A DNA stretch of 64,000 nucleotides from Octopus sinensis (GCF_006345805.1 NC_043017.1:8122001-8186000); one strand, 5' to 3'. Shown: positions 48,247-62,034, numbered from the stretch's first letter. Translations and numbers: made by a program. Notes: generated by a model not told the origin, from the letters alone.

Positions 48247-49491
48247 CTGTAAGTAAGATCATATATTAGTTTCAGAATAAAATATGTGGTTTGTTTATTT
48301 TTATGTCAAGTCTCAACCTCCTAGCGTTTATTGGAGTGTGATACATTTGGGTTCATCTTGGCTTTATATAGTCACTAATAAGTTGTATTTCTGGGGTATA
48401 TATTATATACATGGGCCTCACAGAGGCAATGTAACCAACGCCAGTGTCGTGTAACTAGCACCTGTGCTGGTGGCATGTAAAAAGTACTTTTTGAGTTTAG
48501 GCTTCAGGGAGGCAATGACAAATGACAGAGACCTTCGGCAATATGCTGTGCTTGAGAAGACCCATCAAGCCAAGTGAAATTGTAGTCATGAATAATGCTG
48601 GTGCCACACAACTGGCACCTGTGCTGGTGGCATGAAAAAGCACCCATTACACTCTTGGAGTGGTTGGTGTTGTGAAGGTCATCCAGTCGTAGAAACCATA
48701 CCAAATCAGACTGGAGTGTGGTGCAGCCCCTCAGCCTACGAATCCTGGTCAAACTGTCCAACCCATACCAGCATGACCAATGGATGCTAAATGATGATGA
48801 TGATGATGATGACGACACACATATGTGGTCATTTAAAGACTCAGAGTATCAAAGAATGAATCAAATCAATAAATAAATTCTCCTATAAGCTTTCATTTCT
48901 CCTCTTTATACATCCATCTAAATGAATGTAATATATTTTAATACTCTACTTTTAACATTGAACACTCCCTTTTGCTCCTTCTTTACTCTGAAGTCTTTGC
49001 ATTCAAGCTTTGTGTGTGCATTTGCACATGCATGAGTGTGCATCTACACCTGTATGTGTGCATGCATACTCAGTACAGTCTGTGACTCAAAAAAGTATCA
49101 GTGAATCTGTAAAATTAAGGAATGTTTTGTTGGCTTGCAGTGTTGTTGGCATTCAATTCTGTTGACAGGGAAAGCTATCTGTGATAGACTATCCTCTTAT
49201 CCAGGGGAAGATGTACCCTAGCACTGTGAGGTAGCAAAGCACTTGTTAAATTTAAATTTCACAGTTGCTGTTGTTATTGTGGCTTACCCCAATGAAGTTG
49301 GGTTTTTTTTTTTTGTGATACCAACACACAGACAACTGTTACTGCTGTTGATGTTACTGATGACGACGACGATGATGATGATGATGATGATGACAAAGAT
49401 GATAATGACGAATATGATGATAGTAGCAGTGATGATGGTTATGATGATGATGGTGGCGGTGGTAATGCTATTGATGTTGATGATGATGGCA

Positions 49492-49536
<45 letters not shown>

Positions 49537-49620
49537 GTAATGCAATTGATGATGATGGCAATGGTAGTGGCGGCAGCAGTAGTAACACTATTGGCACAAT
49601 AAAAGAAGAAATACTTTTAC

Positions 49621-49728
49621 CTTTTGGGAAGAAGCAATTGAATATGCGCGTGGCTTCAAAGGAGAAATTAGATCAAAAATATATTCAAAAGGAATTTTAG
49701 GAACAGTCTGTTTGAAGTCTTGGAGAAC
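49621..49728 (-). CDS. NDOR1: NDOR1 exon 10 (VLQDFKQTVPKIPFEYIFDLISPLKPRAYSIASSQK)
   Basis: cag/gtaaaa, phase 0/0; RxYS FAD-binding motif. Confidence 0.95.
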
Positions 49729-49759
49729 CTGGAAGGAATAAAATGAAGAAAATGCAAAA

Positions 49760-49819
<60 letters not shown>

Positions 49820-51090
49820 ATAAATAATTGTATTTCCCTCTTATTAAAAGAGGTACAAGCACTTTCACACACGCATAGACTCAGAACAGAACTTCTTCCT
49901 GAAATATTCAATCATGAGGCTTTGTTTAATCATAATTTAAATGAACAATCAATAATTAGTTATATCTTGGGAGGGTCATTATGCCAATGATAAACACACA
50001 CACACACACATTCTGGTTCAATTAAATTTTCTATTGTTATTTGTCAATTGGTTAACTATTTTACTAACGAACCAATTGTTTTGATTAATCATTCAGTTAA
50101 TCACTCAATCTAATGAGTTTGCCAAAGTACTTCTGCTGTCGTTTGCGACCTCTTCAATGACATGACCTCTCTACTCCAGGTCAGCTTCAGACAAAAGGAT
50201 TTTGGCAAACACAACTGATTAGTTGACTGATTAACTCTCCATCATCATCATCATCATCATTTAACATCCATTTTCCATGCTGGTAAACTGGTGAACTGCA
50301 CCAGGCTCCAACTGTCTGTTTTGGCATGGTTTCTACAGCTGGATGCCTTTCCTAAAGCCAACTATTTTTGTTGTAAAGCAGTCTTGTGCCACTGTTATAT
50401 GTCTTTTGACGATGGTTGCCGCTCTGACAGATATAATTATATTCCAAAGTTGTCAACTGAATGTTTCTATCTGGCACTGTACAACCCCGAGTCATACAAT
50501 GCTATTATCCTCAAAGGGTTGGATCATTATAACGTCCACTCAGTATCACAGCATAATGACTATCAGCACAGACACTACTATCAACACAGTTTACACGTAC
50601 TCTTGACCTTCCTGACCTTCTTCCCTGTTGACCAGCTACTGGTCTATTTATAATGGCTGGCTACTACCACTTTTATACAACAATTTTACAGAATGTACTG
50701 GGTGCTATTTATGTGGCACCAGCACCAATACTTTATACACGGCACCAGCACAGGTGCTTGTCACATGGCACTAGTATGGATGCTTTTTACATGGCACCAG
50801 CAGGGGTGCTTTTAATGTGGCACCAGTACAGGAATGATTAATCAAACAAGTGATTAGTTAGTTGGCTAAATAGCTAACTGACTGAAAATAATAGTAAAGA
50901 AGTGAAATACAACCAGAGCATGCCACAGTCAAATGACTGAAACAAGTAAAAGAATAATGACCCTCCCAAGATTCAACAAAACCTGTTTCAACACATGAGT
51001 TCACATTAAGAATCTTTCAAAACATTGACAAAAATGAAACATGAATTACTTATGAGAAAACAATGAAAGAAATCTAAGAATTCTACTTAC

Positions 51091-51138
51091 TTCAAGAGTT
51101 GTTCTTCGTACTCGATTGCAATAGTCGTATCGGTCAGA
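51091..51138 (-). CDS. NDOR1: NDOR1 exon 9 (SDRYDYCNRVRRTTLE)
   Basis: cag/gtaagt, phase 0/0. Confidence 0.92.
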
Positions 51139-51420
51139 CTGAAATTTAGAGAACAGACAGGAATCCATAATATTTTTATGACTGACACAGACAGGTTTAG
51201 TCAACAATCATCTGTAAAGATCCTCACAATACTGATGTGCAATGGTTCACTCAAGAATTGCTTGCAAGGAATGGCTGTGTGGTTAAGAAGCTCACTTTGC
51301 AAGCTTTGTGGATTTGGGTTCAGTCTCACTGCATGGCACCTTCCACTATAGCCCTGGGACAATCAATGCCTTGTGACTGAATTTGGTATATTGAAACTAT
51401 ATGGAAGTGCATCATATATA

Positions 51421-51464
<44 letters not shown>

Positions 51465-52482
51465 TGCAGGAGTGGAAGCTTGCTTCCTAACCACATGGTT
51501 CTGGGTTCAGTCTCACTGCATGGCACCTTGAGCAAGTGTCTTCTACTATAGCCTTGGACCGATCAAAGCCTTGTGAGTGGATTTGGTAGATGGAAACTGA
51601 ACGAAGCCCATCATATATATATATATATATATATCCTTTGACTCTGCCCAGCATTCCTGGAAGGGTCATGGAAGTAGAGTCCTCAGGCAAATCCTCCATA
51701 GCGTACAATCAGAAGCAACCATCATTACACTTTCTGTCACAATTCCCAAGCATGACCAACTGAGACTATGGATATTCTCCAACCATCTCATTTTTGGTCT
51801 ACCTTAAGTCTTATGCTAGTTAACTCAGCTTGAAGAATCCATCATCATCATCATCATCATCGTTTAATGTCCGCTTTCTATGCTAGCATGGGTTGGACGA
51901 TTTTGACTGAGGGCTGGCGAACCAGATGGCTGCACTAGGCTTCAATCTTGATCTGGCAGAGTTTCTACAGCTGGATGCCCTTCCTAATGCCAACCACTCC
52001 GAGAGTGTAGTGGGTGCTTTTTACGTGCCACCGGCATGGGGGCCAGTCAGGCAGTACTGGCAATGACCTCGCTTGAATCTTTTTACACAGGTACCAGTAA
52101 GGCGACATTGGTAACGATCACGCTCGAATGATGCCCTATTACGTGCCACTGGCACAAAAGCCAGTTGGCTGCTCTGGCAATGATCATGCTCGGATGGTGC
52201 TCTTAGCACCCTACTAGCACAGGCACAAGTGCCAGTAAGGCGACGCTGGCAACGATATTATTTACTGCAACATTCTAATCCTATGTCAGCAGTACCAGGG
52301 CTGTGACTTCTCAATGCAGAGAATAGCAGCGTGTTCTGGAGAGACACCCTGATCTCCAAGCTATACACCTTACTAAGTAATTTACTCCAGAGATCCATAT
52401 AGCATTTGAAACTTTTGTATAGTTCCACACATTTATAGCTTTACTCAAGCATTCATTCATTCATTCAATATAAGTGCTACTA

Positions 52483-52699
52483 TGAGGGGGTACTGAAAAG
52501 TTCCTGGCTTTGGGTAAAAGAAAATACAAGAGGATCAGTTAACTTTGGTTTTGAATAACATATTCCCCTCTCAGATTCACTCACTTATTGCAGAGGTCCT
52601 TCAGTTTTTCTAAGCCCTGTAAAAGAAATCAGAAGGTTGGGCTTCCAACCAGGCCTTTCCAAGTACCCCTAAAGTCAGGAACTTTTCAGCGTCCCCTTG
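52483..52699. mobile_element. Mariner-type MITE
   Basis: TA|TGAGGGGGTACTGAAAAGTTCCTGGCT ... AGTCAGGAACTTTTCAGCGTCCCCT imperfect TIRs; a solo TIR lies near 31600-31630. Confidence 0.7.
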
Positions 52700-52856
52700 A
52701 CGGTCTCATGATGGTCTCATTACTTCACTTGAGAATTACTGCCATATATGGTAGTTTAACTCAATCATTCTCACAAGTATAACACTAATGTGATCTGCAA
52801 ACATTCCACTCAACTCCAGTTGTACTCAAGCATGTCTGCACTCAAGTATTACTCAC

Positions 52857-53029
52857 TTGACCTTCAGCTGTGGTGAATTCTTGTAATTTTTCCTTCTCAA
52901 GCTCATCTTCTGAGAAAGTAGCCATAAGTTCAAAGAAATATCTCCGTGGGATGGCATTGATATCCAGGTATGTCTTGAGTAAATGGTAAATGGAACATGG
53001 CTGAGGAAGTTCTGCTGGCAAGGAGACAT
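52857..53029 (-). CDS. NDOR1: NDOR1 exon 8 (DVSLPAELPQPCSIYHLLKTYLDINAIPRRYFFELMATFSEDELEKEKLQEFTTAEGQ)
   Basis: cag/gtgagt, phase 1/0. Confidence 0.95.
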
Positions 53030-53496
53030 CTGGAGGTAGAGAGATAGGTTATTAAGACACTATGTTTAAAAAACATTGTGATGGTCATTGCTGAAATGCT
53101 GGAAATCATTTGAGCATAGGTCTGCTTGGCCAGGGTCAATTTAAGGCTAAACAAAAACAATAGGAAGAATGAATGGAACCAGCTTTATGTTCAGTTGGTC
53201 AAATGTAGAGAGAGAGCTAATCTTCAAGATCACAACACAATGTTGGTAATAAGATATGAACTTATGACCACAATAATAATAATGGTTTCAAATTTTGGAA
53301 CAATGCCAGTAATTTCAGGGGGAAATGAATAAGGACCAGTTTGAGCATTGGAACTTATTTTATAAACCTCAAAAGGATGAAAGGCAAAGATGACCTTGGC
53401 AGTATTTGAACACAGGAAGTAAAGAGTCAGGGGAATGTCACAAAGCGTTTTGTTTAACATGCTAACAATCCAGCCAGCTTGCCAGCTTAATAATAA

Positions 53497-53745
53497 TATA
53501 GAATCTGTAACTGTTGTGCCTCTAAAAATTGTTGCATTGGGAACAGTAAGCCAAGATATAAACAAATGGCTGAGAGAGATTGGAATAGAATGCCCTGTAG
53601 AGCTCCTACAGAAAGTTTGTCTCTTAGGGACAGCAAGGATTATCAAGAGGATTCTAAGCACTTGAAAGACTACTGAAAAGTTGTGGATACCTAAGGTTGC
53701 AGGTAGTAACCTGTTACCCACTTAAGATCTACCAGGAATAAGACC
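53497..53745 (+). mobile_element. 3' end of an R4/Dong/NeSL-like RLE non-LTR retrotransposon
   Basis: VTVVPLKIVALGTVSQDINKWLREIGIECPVELLQKVCLLGTARIIKRIL* resembles the C-terminus of restriction-like-endonuclease LINEs; 5' junction lies in (TAA)3. Confidence 0.7.
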
Positions 53746-54027
53746 GAACCTTTTGGTATAAAGCCAGCCTTTCCAGGAAAGGGAAAGTCAATTATATCGA
53801 CCCCAGTGCTCAACCGGTACTTATTTTATTGACCCTCAAAGGATGAAAGACAAAGGTAGAAAAGGTTAAAAGAGAGGACAGAAAGCAGTAATAAGTCAAG
53901 CACAGGAAGATCATGAGTGCTGCTGTACTGGTTTTTGATTTTATAAGCATGTTCATAAATAGTGGGGATACTGAATTCAAAAAGGTGGCCAAAGTTGTTG
54001 CTGGACAGATGGTGAATAACGTCTTAC

Positions 54028-54149
54028 CAGGGTCGTTCTGTTTCAGAATGAAAAGCTTGTTTGGATCAAGCTGCAGACATTCAATAAATTCTTGCACCGA
54101 TTCAGAACAATTTTCAGGCTGTACCATCAACACATCTCCAGGAGAATAA
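54028..54149 (-). CDS. NDOR1: NDOR1 exon 7 (YSPGDVLMVQPENCSESVQEFIECLQLDPNKLFILKQNDP)
   Basis: cag/gtaaga, phase 2/1. Confidence 0.95.
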
Positions 54150-55003
54150 CTGAAAAGTAATTGAAAATTTCTTATAAATTCATGTTGAAGTGGTTCGTGT
54201 ATAACACCCACTCCATGCCAAATGAACCTTGACTGAGCAGACCTGTGGTGCATAGATAATCAACAAAATGACCAGGTGCAATCCACAGATCCAGAGAGCA
54301 AGAGAGGGAGAGAGAGAGAGATGACAGACTTCTTTCAGTCTCCATCTATCAAAATCACTCACAAGGTTTGGCTGGCATGAGGCTATAATAGAAGACATTT
54401 GCCCAAGATGCCATGTAGTAGAACTAAACCAGATTAAGTATTTTCTCATATGTACTCCATGTAGTGATTTCTTATGCTATGCACCCACCCAAACACACAC
54501 ATACAAAAAAGAATATATTAGTTTTATAGTATTAACTTATATCTAGGTGAGGACCATATCACACATTCCTCCATTACTTTCACCAATGACTATTTTAATT
54601 GTTCAATTGACCAGATAAACAACTCATTGAATTATAGAGTAATTAGTGAAGTATTTTGGGTTTAGTCCTACTGAGTAGCACTGTGAAAAAATTTCTTCGT
54701 CCCTGCCTCAAGTTGACCAAAACCTTGTCAGTGACATTTCAGTTTTCAGCTACCAAATCCACTCAAGGCTCTGGTCAGCCTGAGGCTATAATAGAAGACA
54801 CTTGCCCAAGGTACCATGCAGTGGACTGAGCCCAAGAAAACAAGGTTGGGAGGCAAGCTTCTTGACCACACAGGCATGGCTGTAAGACCATTATAATTCA
54901 TTCTCTAACGGACAATTGGGGATAGCTATAAATATCAAAGAAATCTCACAGCAATGGTATTGACTGCAGTAAATTTAATAAAAAAAAATTATTTTTAACT
55001 TAC

Positions 55004-55183
55004 CTAAATCCAGAATTGGAAATATCAACAGTCACTAATCGCACATCTTGAAAATGGTTGGTTGCTGTAACTCTTTGATTAACAAGAACTTCACCCAGGT
55101 GCATGTTGGATTCAGGAATGCTAACTGGACTTTCAGATGATTCTTCAGGATCAAGGTATTTCAGTTCATATTTAGGAGGTAAA
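55004..55183 (-). CDS. NDOR1: NDOR1 exon 6 (LPPKYELKYL...NQRVTATNHFQDVRLVTVDISNSGF)
   Basis: cag/gtaagt, phase 2/2. Confidence 0.95.
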
Positions 55184-55930
55184 CTGAAGAAGACATAGCA
55201 GATAGATATCAGTGATAACAAATAAGCACTTGGTGTATCATAGATGATAATTAATAACCGCATGCAGTGAGGTAGGCATATGGCCTTTGCCTACATATAC
55301 GACTACACATGCATGAAGAAAAAAAAAAGGGTTACATCAAAGACGACCCTTTTAATTACAGGTATAGTATGCAGACATACACACTAAATAATCATCATCA
55401 TTCTCATATCCACATTTCCATGCTTGCTTGGGTCAGATAGAATTCACTCAGACAGATTTTCTATGGCTTGATGCCTTTCCTGTCGCCAACTCTCACCTGT
55501 TTCGAAGCAAGGTAACATTTCTCTATGGCCAGACATATTTTCATGGAAAGCACAATTATTGCATGATGTCGAAACAAGTATCGGAGAAGAGAGGAGAGGA
55601 GAGAGAGATGATAGACTTCTTTCAATCTTCATCTATCAAAATCACTCGCAATCCACTGGTCAGTTGTGGGCTATAGTAGAGGACACTTGCCTAAGGTGGT
55701 GCCATACAGTGGAACTGAACCTGAAACCACATAGTTGGGACATGAACGTCTTAGCCACACAGCCATGCTCAAGTACTTCTCATATACTGCGGTAGTAATT
55801 TCTCATGCTATGCAAACAAACCACCCAGCCACCATGCACACAAACATAATTCAGACATGTATGACAGTTTTTTAGCACTAACCCAAACAAGAATTTGTAT
55901 TATCAACAAGAATAACAAAATTCCACTGAC

Positions 55931-56032
55931 CGATAATCATCAGGCAGCTGTGTCTGTCCTGGAGCCATTGGGAAGAGAGATAAGACGTTCTGCCATAACT
56001 GTTGGATCCAAGGGTCTATTACAGCATCAGGC
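55931..56032 (-). CDS. NDOR1: NDOR1 exon 5 (PDAVIDPWIQQLWQNVLSLFPMAPGQTQLPDDYR)
   Basis: cag/gtcagt, phase 2/2. Confidence 0.93.
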
Positions 56033-56959
56033 CTGGAAGAGTGAGGTGCACAGATAGAGAGTTAGATAGACATATAAGTATATAAACAGACAAACAGACA
56101 GATAGATACAAAGAGGAAAAGACAGATATAGAAAGAGAGGGACATGACATTAAAATGATAAATAAATACATATACATAAGTGCATATATATACACACACA
56201 CACACACACGTGCATACACATCCCCCTTCTCGCTCTCTCTCATCATCATCATCATCATCGTTTAATGTCCGCTTTCCATGCTAGCATGGGTTGGACGATT
56301 TGATTGAGGACTGGCAAACCAGATGGCTGCACCAGGCTCCAATCTTGATCTGGCAGAGTTTCTACAGCTGGATGCCCTTCCTAATGCTAACCACTCCGAG
56401 AGTGTAGTGAGTGCTATATATATATTATATATATATATATAACTGTTATCATCTGTTAATTATATTCATTTATTGACTACATATGTATATATATGACGAG
56501 ATGCTCAGTTTCAATCCAAGATTAATTTTGTACAAAATGTGTGCTTGTGTATATGTGTAGTATAGATGTGTGTGTGTATATACATATACACACACACACA
56601 CGCACAAAGATGTATGTACACAGAAAAAGCATCCTGTCCACACTATGAAGTGGTTGGCATTTGGAAGGGCATCCAGCTGTAAAAACCATGCTGAAACTGA
56701 CCTCACCTGTGCTGGTGCTACGTAAAAAGCACTCAGTCCACTCTACAGGGTGGTTGGTGTTAGGAAGGGCATCCAGCTGTAAAAACCCTACCGAAACTGA
56801 CACAGTAGGCTGGTGTAGTCTTCTAATTCATTTTGGTAATAGAACCTTAACTCACATTTGTCATAGAAACCCAAGTCAGCACTGGTCAGACAACTGCAAT
56901 TCACACTTGTTATAGAGATCCTTGTTCATATTGCTCATACAATTCCAGTTCATACTGGT

Positions 56960-57300
56960 CATAAGAAACTTGTTATTGTTAGCTCAACGATGACCAAGGA
57001 CACCACCTGGGAGAAGCAGATAGATCACAGTGTATCTGGCTGTGGCTGGTCAGTCCAATGCATGCTGAAAAGACTCTTCTGCAGGTCAGGCATTGGTGGT
57101 CTGCTAGGACCGAAGACAAGGAGTTGGCTCTGAACTTGTGCAGTTCATATTGCTTTTTGTACCCCTGCAATACTCTTCTGTTCATAAGAGGCGACACCTC
57201 TGTTGGTGCAGCTTCACTAGGCAGGGCAGTCTTGTGCTTGCATTTCCCAAGTTTGGGATAGATCTCAAAGCACCTCAGTGAGGCTGGTTTTGTCAACATA
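56960..57300 (-). mobile_element. Degenerate RTE-type LINE 3' fragment with C2H2 zinc finger
   Basis: CLTCRRVFSACIGLTSHSQIH has the same finger pattern as the 61.5 kb element. Confidence 0.6.
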
Positions 57301-57526
57301 AGAACCCTAGTTCACACTAATCATACAAACCTTAGATTAAATGTATCAATGACAAAGACTCTTTATGGTCACAAAATCTCCCTCTCAAATCAAACCATAC
57401 CATCTTAAAGAATGAAGGACATGGATAAGTAATTCCATATATATGATGAGATGGTCATGGCTGGAATGATTATAGTTCTGCTTCATAAGATCTGTCCTGA
57501 GTGAAACAACATCAACAACAACTCTA

Positions 57527-57679
<153 letters not shown>

Positions 57680-57913
57680 TTATTCTCAGCAAAAGTCTAA
57701 ATGGCCCCTGGGGATCCATATAAGATTTTGTTGTTAAAATTTATCTGCAATAAATTAGTTATACTTCATGATGCACAAAATATTTTAATAATTATTTTTA
57801 TACAATTCCTAATAATATTTAACTATAAAAATACAATAGGACTTTTTTAAACATTGAATGGCTGTGAGTAAAAATGGAACACATATGCCAAAACTCACAC
57901 CCAGGCACACACC

Positions 57914-57948
<35 letters not shown>

Positions 57949-57995
57949 TTATGCAGAGATACACAGTGAACAAATAACTCACCATTGATACTCAC

Positions 57996-58093
57996 TTTTG
58001 GTATGAGGAATCTCCCAGTCCCAGAACGGCATAATTTAAAAGACTCAAAGAATTTGAAGGCAAACTCTTTTTCAAAATGAATTTCCAAAATGT
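57996..58093 (-). CDS. NDOR1: NDOR1 exon 3 (TFWKFILKKSLPSNSLSLLNYAVLGLGDSSYQK)
   Basis: cag/gtgagt, phase 0/2. Confidence 0.95.
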
Positions 58094-58516
58094 CTGGAAC
58101 AAATTGGAACAGAACTAAATGACAATGTTTGGTTAGGAAACTAACAAAATTAATGATTTTTTTTTCAAGAGGAGGAAGGGCAATGCCCATTATCTTTTAC
58201 AATGTCCCTGATACTGTAGAAGAAGGGAAGAAGTTATTCTGAGACCCTAGTTTATCGGAGTGGACCCTGATAAAAGCACTCAATGATAGACCAGGTGTTG
58301 AGTTAACCCAAGCAATGGATGAGATTGTGTGTGTGTGTGTGTTGGTGTGTGTCTGGGTATGTGAGTTTTGGTGTATGTGTGTATGAGTCCTTGTACATAT
58401 GTGTATGTGCAAGTCCTTGTATATATGTGCATGTGAGTATGAATGTGTGTGTGTGTGTGTGCAAGCATGTGTATGTGTGTGTATGTAGGTGTCTGTGTGT
58501 GTGCACGCATGTGTGT

Positions 58517-58595
<79 letters not shown>

Positions 58596-59318
58596 CTGTG
58601 TGTGTGAGTGATTGTATGTATTTGTTTGTCACCCACCACCCTTTGAAAAACTGGTATTGGTTTGTTTATGTCCCTGTAGCTTAGTGGTTCAGAAAATGAA
58701 ACCAATAGCATAAGGACCAGTCTTAGGAAACAAGTACTGGGGTCAATTTGTTCAGCTAAACCTCTCAAGGTGGTGCTCCAGCATGGCTGCAGTCCAATGA
58801 CCAAAACAAATAAGAGATAATAAAAAAAAAATAAAGATAGTGGTAATAGATGATGTCAATTAAATCTAAAATTTATTATCTAAAACACCTAATGACTTTT
58901 AAGCATGTGGCTCTGGGATTTAACCCACTCGACACCACACACACCCTCACCCCCACCCTCACCCCCACCCTCACCACCTCACTCCCACTTTGTAATCTTT
59001 TAAAAATAGATAACAAAACACAAAAAAAAAAAAAAAGAAAAGAAATGACAAGAAGCAAGCAATTTATCAGAGCAGATAAGAAAAACTAATGAAACGTCAG
59101 ACAGAAGCCGGAAGAGAATGTTCTAAATATAAAGGTTATCAATGATTAGATACTGTATTTGCCAGCATATAAAATGCAATCTTGCATAAGTTGTGCCCCT
59201 ATGTTACAAGAATGTTTCAAGGAAAAAAACAAATTTAATATGTTTTATCATACACTCGTACAGTCAGTAGCCCATCTCTAGTACAGTTGCATTAGAAGCA
59301 TGGAAAGTTATTGTTACA

Positions 59319-59660
59319 CTAGCACTATGGCCGGCAACGCCGGGTCATAGTGCTAGTGCATGCATATACAGCTGCGTGCGTGTGCAAATACACGTGAGTA
59401 CTGTCCAAATCTCCGACCAATCACATTCAGCTAGCAGGCATTCAATTGGCATATCAAGTTTCAGGCATTTTGATTGGGTTTTGGATAGAAAATTTTTTAA
59501 TGGCTTTGCGGGGTGACTGGGGGAATGTAAAGATGTTCACGACCACCCTTGGATGGTTTTGAATGACCATAGAAAGTGCGATCCCTCTAACTGAAAAATT
59601 GTGGATTTGTATAAAGGACACACACACAGACAGACATTTTGCTGTTTATATAAATAGAGA
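59319..59660 (-). mobile_element. Non-autonomous mini-Helitron (about 340 bp)
   Basis: On -: A|TCTCTATTTATATAAAC at the 5' end, a GC-rich hairpin, then CTAG|T at the 3' end; AT target, no TSD. Confidence 0.7.
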
Positions 59661-60878
59661 TTTGAAAATAAAAAACAGTGTATATGGTTTGACAATTCTG
59701 TGGGTACTGGTGCCACTTATAAAGCACCCATGCAAGTGCCATATGAAAAACATACATGCCAGCACCACATAATAAGCACCCATGTAAAGAACACCTGGGC
59801 TGGTGCCACATAAAAAGAACCCATGCAAGCACCATATAGGTAGCACCTGTACGGATGGCATGTAAAGGGTACCCATGTCACTGTTATGTGAAAAGCACTT
59901 GTATTGGCACCACATAAAGAACACTTGTGCCAGTGTCACATCAAAAGCATCTGTGCTAATACCATGTAAAAAAGCACCCATGCTGGTGCCACATAAAAAG
60001 CACCCAGTACACTTTGTAAAGTGAATGGCATTAGGAAGGGCATCCAACCATAAAAGCCATGCCAAAACAGACAACTGGAGCCTGGTGCAGCCTACCAGCT
60101 TGACAGCTCCTGTCAAACCGTCCAGCCCATGCCAGCATGGAAAAACATGTTAAATGATGATGGTGGCAGCGGCGGTGGTGGTGGTGGTGGCAGCGGCCAT
60201 GATGGTTATTTGGTGGGACTGAGAAGACAAGTCACTTATTTTTGGATTAGCAGCTCTCTTTCATTTACCACAAGGTCCAGTGCAGTGTAGTGGCTTTTGT
60301 GTCTGAATGACCTCGAGATATACGCCAGTAGAGTGCAAGCACTTGGTAGGGCCATCTGGACAGATTAAATGATAGAGACTAGACTTATATGAACCACCTC
60401 TTCCCAGAGGTTAAAATGGGTTTGTGTAGGGTCAAGAACCCTACCTAGAAACAAAGCAAAGTTACAGAAGTATTGATGGCAATTCAAAACCAACAACACT
60501 TGGGAGAGTAAGGCCTCTCAGTTTAGGCATGCCTCCCAATACTGAGCGAGTGGCCCTAAAGACAGTCTAGAGTTATGAACAGTGGTGAAAAGTTGTTAAT
60601 GGCATACTCCATAGGGAGGAGAGGGCTTAAGTAAGTAAGTTTGATTCAAGCACACAAATGCTGTAACACAGTAGCAAGTACAGAAAGGTAGGAGTGTTTG
60701 AGTGACATAACAGAGAGAGGGTGTAATTGAATAATTTACATAAAGGGGTATTTTATTTGAGTGATGTAACAGAGAGGGGATGTATTTGAATGAAATGAAA
60801 CAAATGAAAAATGAACAAGAATGTATTTTGAATGATACAACAACAAACTATTTCATTGATGGATCAACAGAAATATCA

Positions 60879-60995
<117 letters not shown>

Positions 60996-61510
60996 TCACT
61001 GGTACTAGTCACAAGTTGTAAATGAATAAGAATGACTGAGCTACCAATCAACTGTCTGAGGGGAATTAATAGTTAAGTAATTAATAATTTGAGGGTAATT
61101 AATAGTTTGTGTGGATCACCATGTGACCTAATGGTTACATTGTTGGGCTGATAGTCATTAAATTGCAGGTTCAATTCTAAAACCAGGCAGCATGTTCTGT
61201 ACTTGAGCAAAACACTTCGTTTAATATTGTTTCAATCTACTCAGCTGAAATTAGTATCAGTGATATTTAATTACTTAAACCTTTTGCTCCTTATGGAGCA
61301 TAAGCCCTTGATGATTTTTTTCCACTTTTTTCGACCCTCGACAGTTTTTCTGTTTCTCCCCAATAAATCCCTGCAATTTCAGCTCTTCCTCAGTATCCCA
61401 CCTCTCAGAATACAATAATCATATGATGTCACAGCAAAGAGACACAAATCCACTCTCTCTCTTTCACACACACACATATATACAACATACATACATACAT
61501 ATATATATAT

Positions 61511-62034
61511 TCTGTTTTTCCCCGTCTGTCTTGATAGACAATGGGTTGCGCCAAGGGTGGGGCCTACTTTGATGACGAGCAGCGTCTGCTGTGACTGAAC
61601 AGTTCAATTCTGGAGTGGCAGTCCTTGGTACAGTTGCTGCACACGAACATCGATGGGTACGTCTGGGGTGTTGCTGCAGTTGTCCTCTTCCTGTCCCGCC
61701 TGTCCAACCACAATTGTGCTCTCCTTTCCTCAGCCATGGAAATGCCCTTCCTCACCGTCTGACGCCAGGCAGAGCGGTCAGCAGCTGTTTCCTCCCACGT
61801 GTCCACACAGATGTTGGCAGTCCTCAGGTCGCGCTTGCACACATCCCTGTATCGTAGCTGTGGACGTCCCTTGGGTCGGGATCCCGTGGTGAGTTCGCTG
61901 TACAGGATGTCTTTAGGCATGCGACCGTCCTGCATGCGACAGACGTGTCCGAGCCAGCGCAGTCGTCTCCGCACGAGGAGGGCATGCATGCTTGGCATAT
62001 TAGTTTGTTCCAGGATGACTCCGTTTGGTACTCG
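61511..62034 (-). mobile_element. 5'-truncated, young RTE-type non-LTR retrotransposon (C-terminal region plus 3' UTR)
   Basis: Uninterrupted ORF RRLRWLGHVCRMQDGRMPKDILYSEL..GRPQLRYRDVCKRDL...CSNCTKDCHSRIELFSHSRRC; GC-rich relative to the flanks; (TA)n on both sides. Confidence 0.9.

Noticed and set aside
49243-49602. Poly-Met ORF
   Set aside because: (GAT)n microsatellite in an NDOR1 intron.
58200-58325. Plus-strand frame VPDTVEEGKKLF*...ELTQAMDEI
   Set aside because: Internal stop, no motif, and part of a repeat whose 3' end recurs near 40.2 kb.
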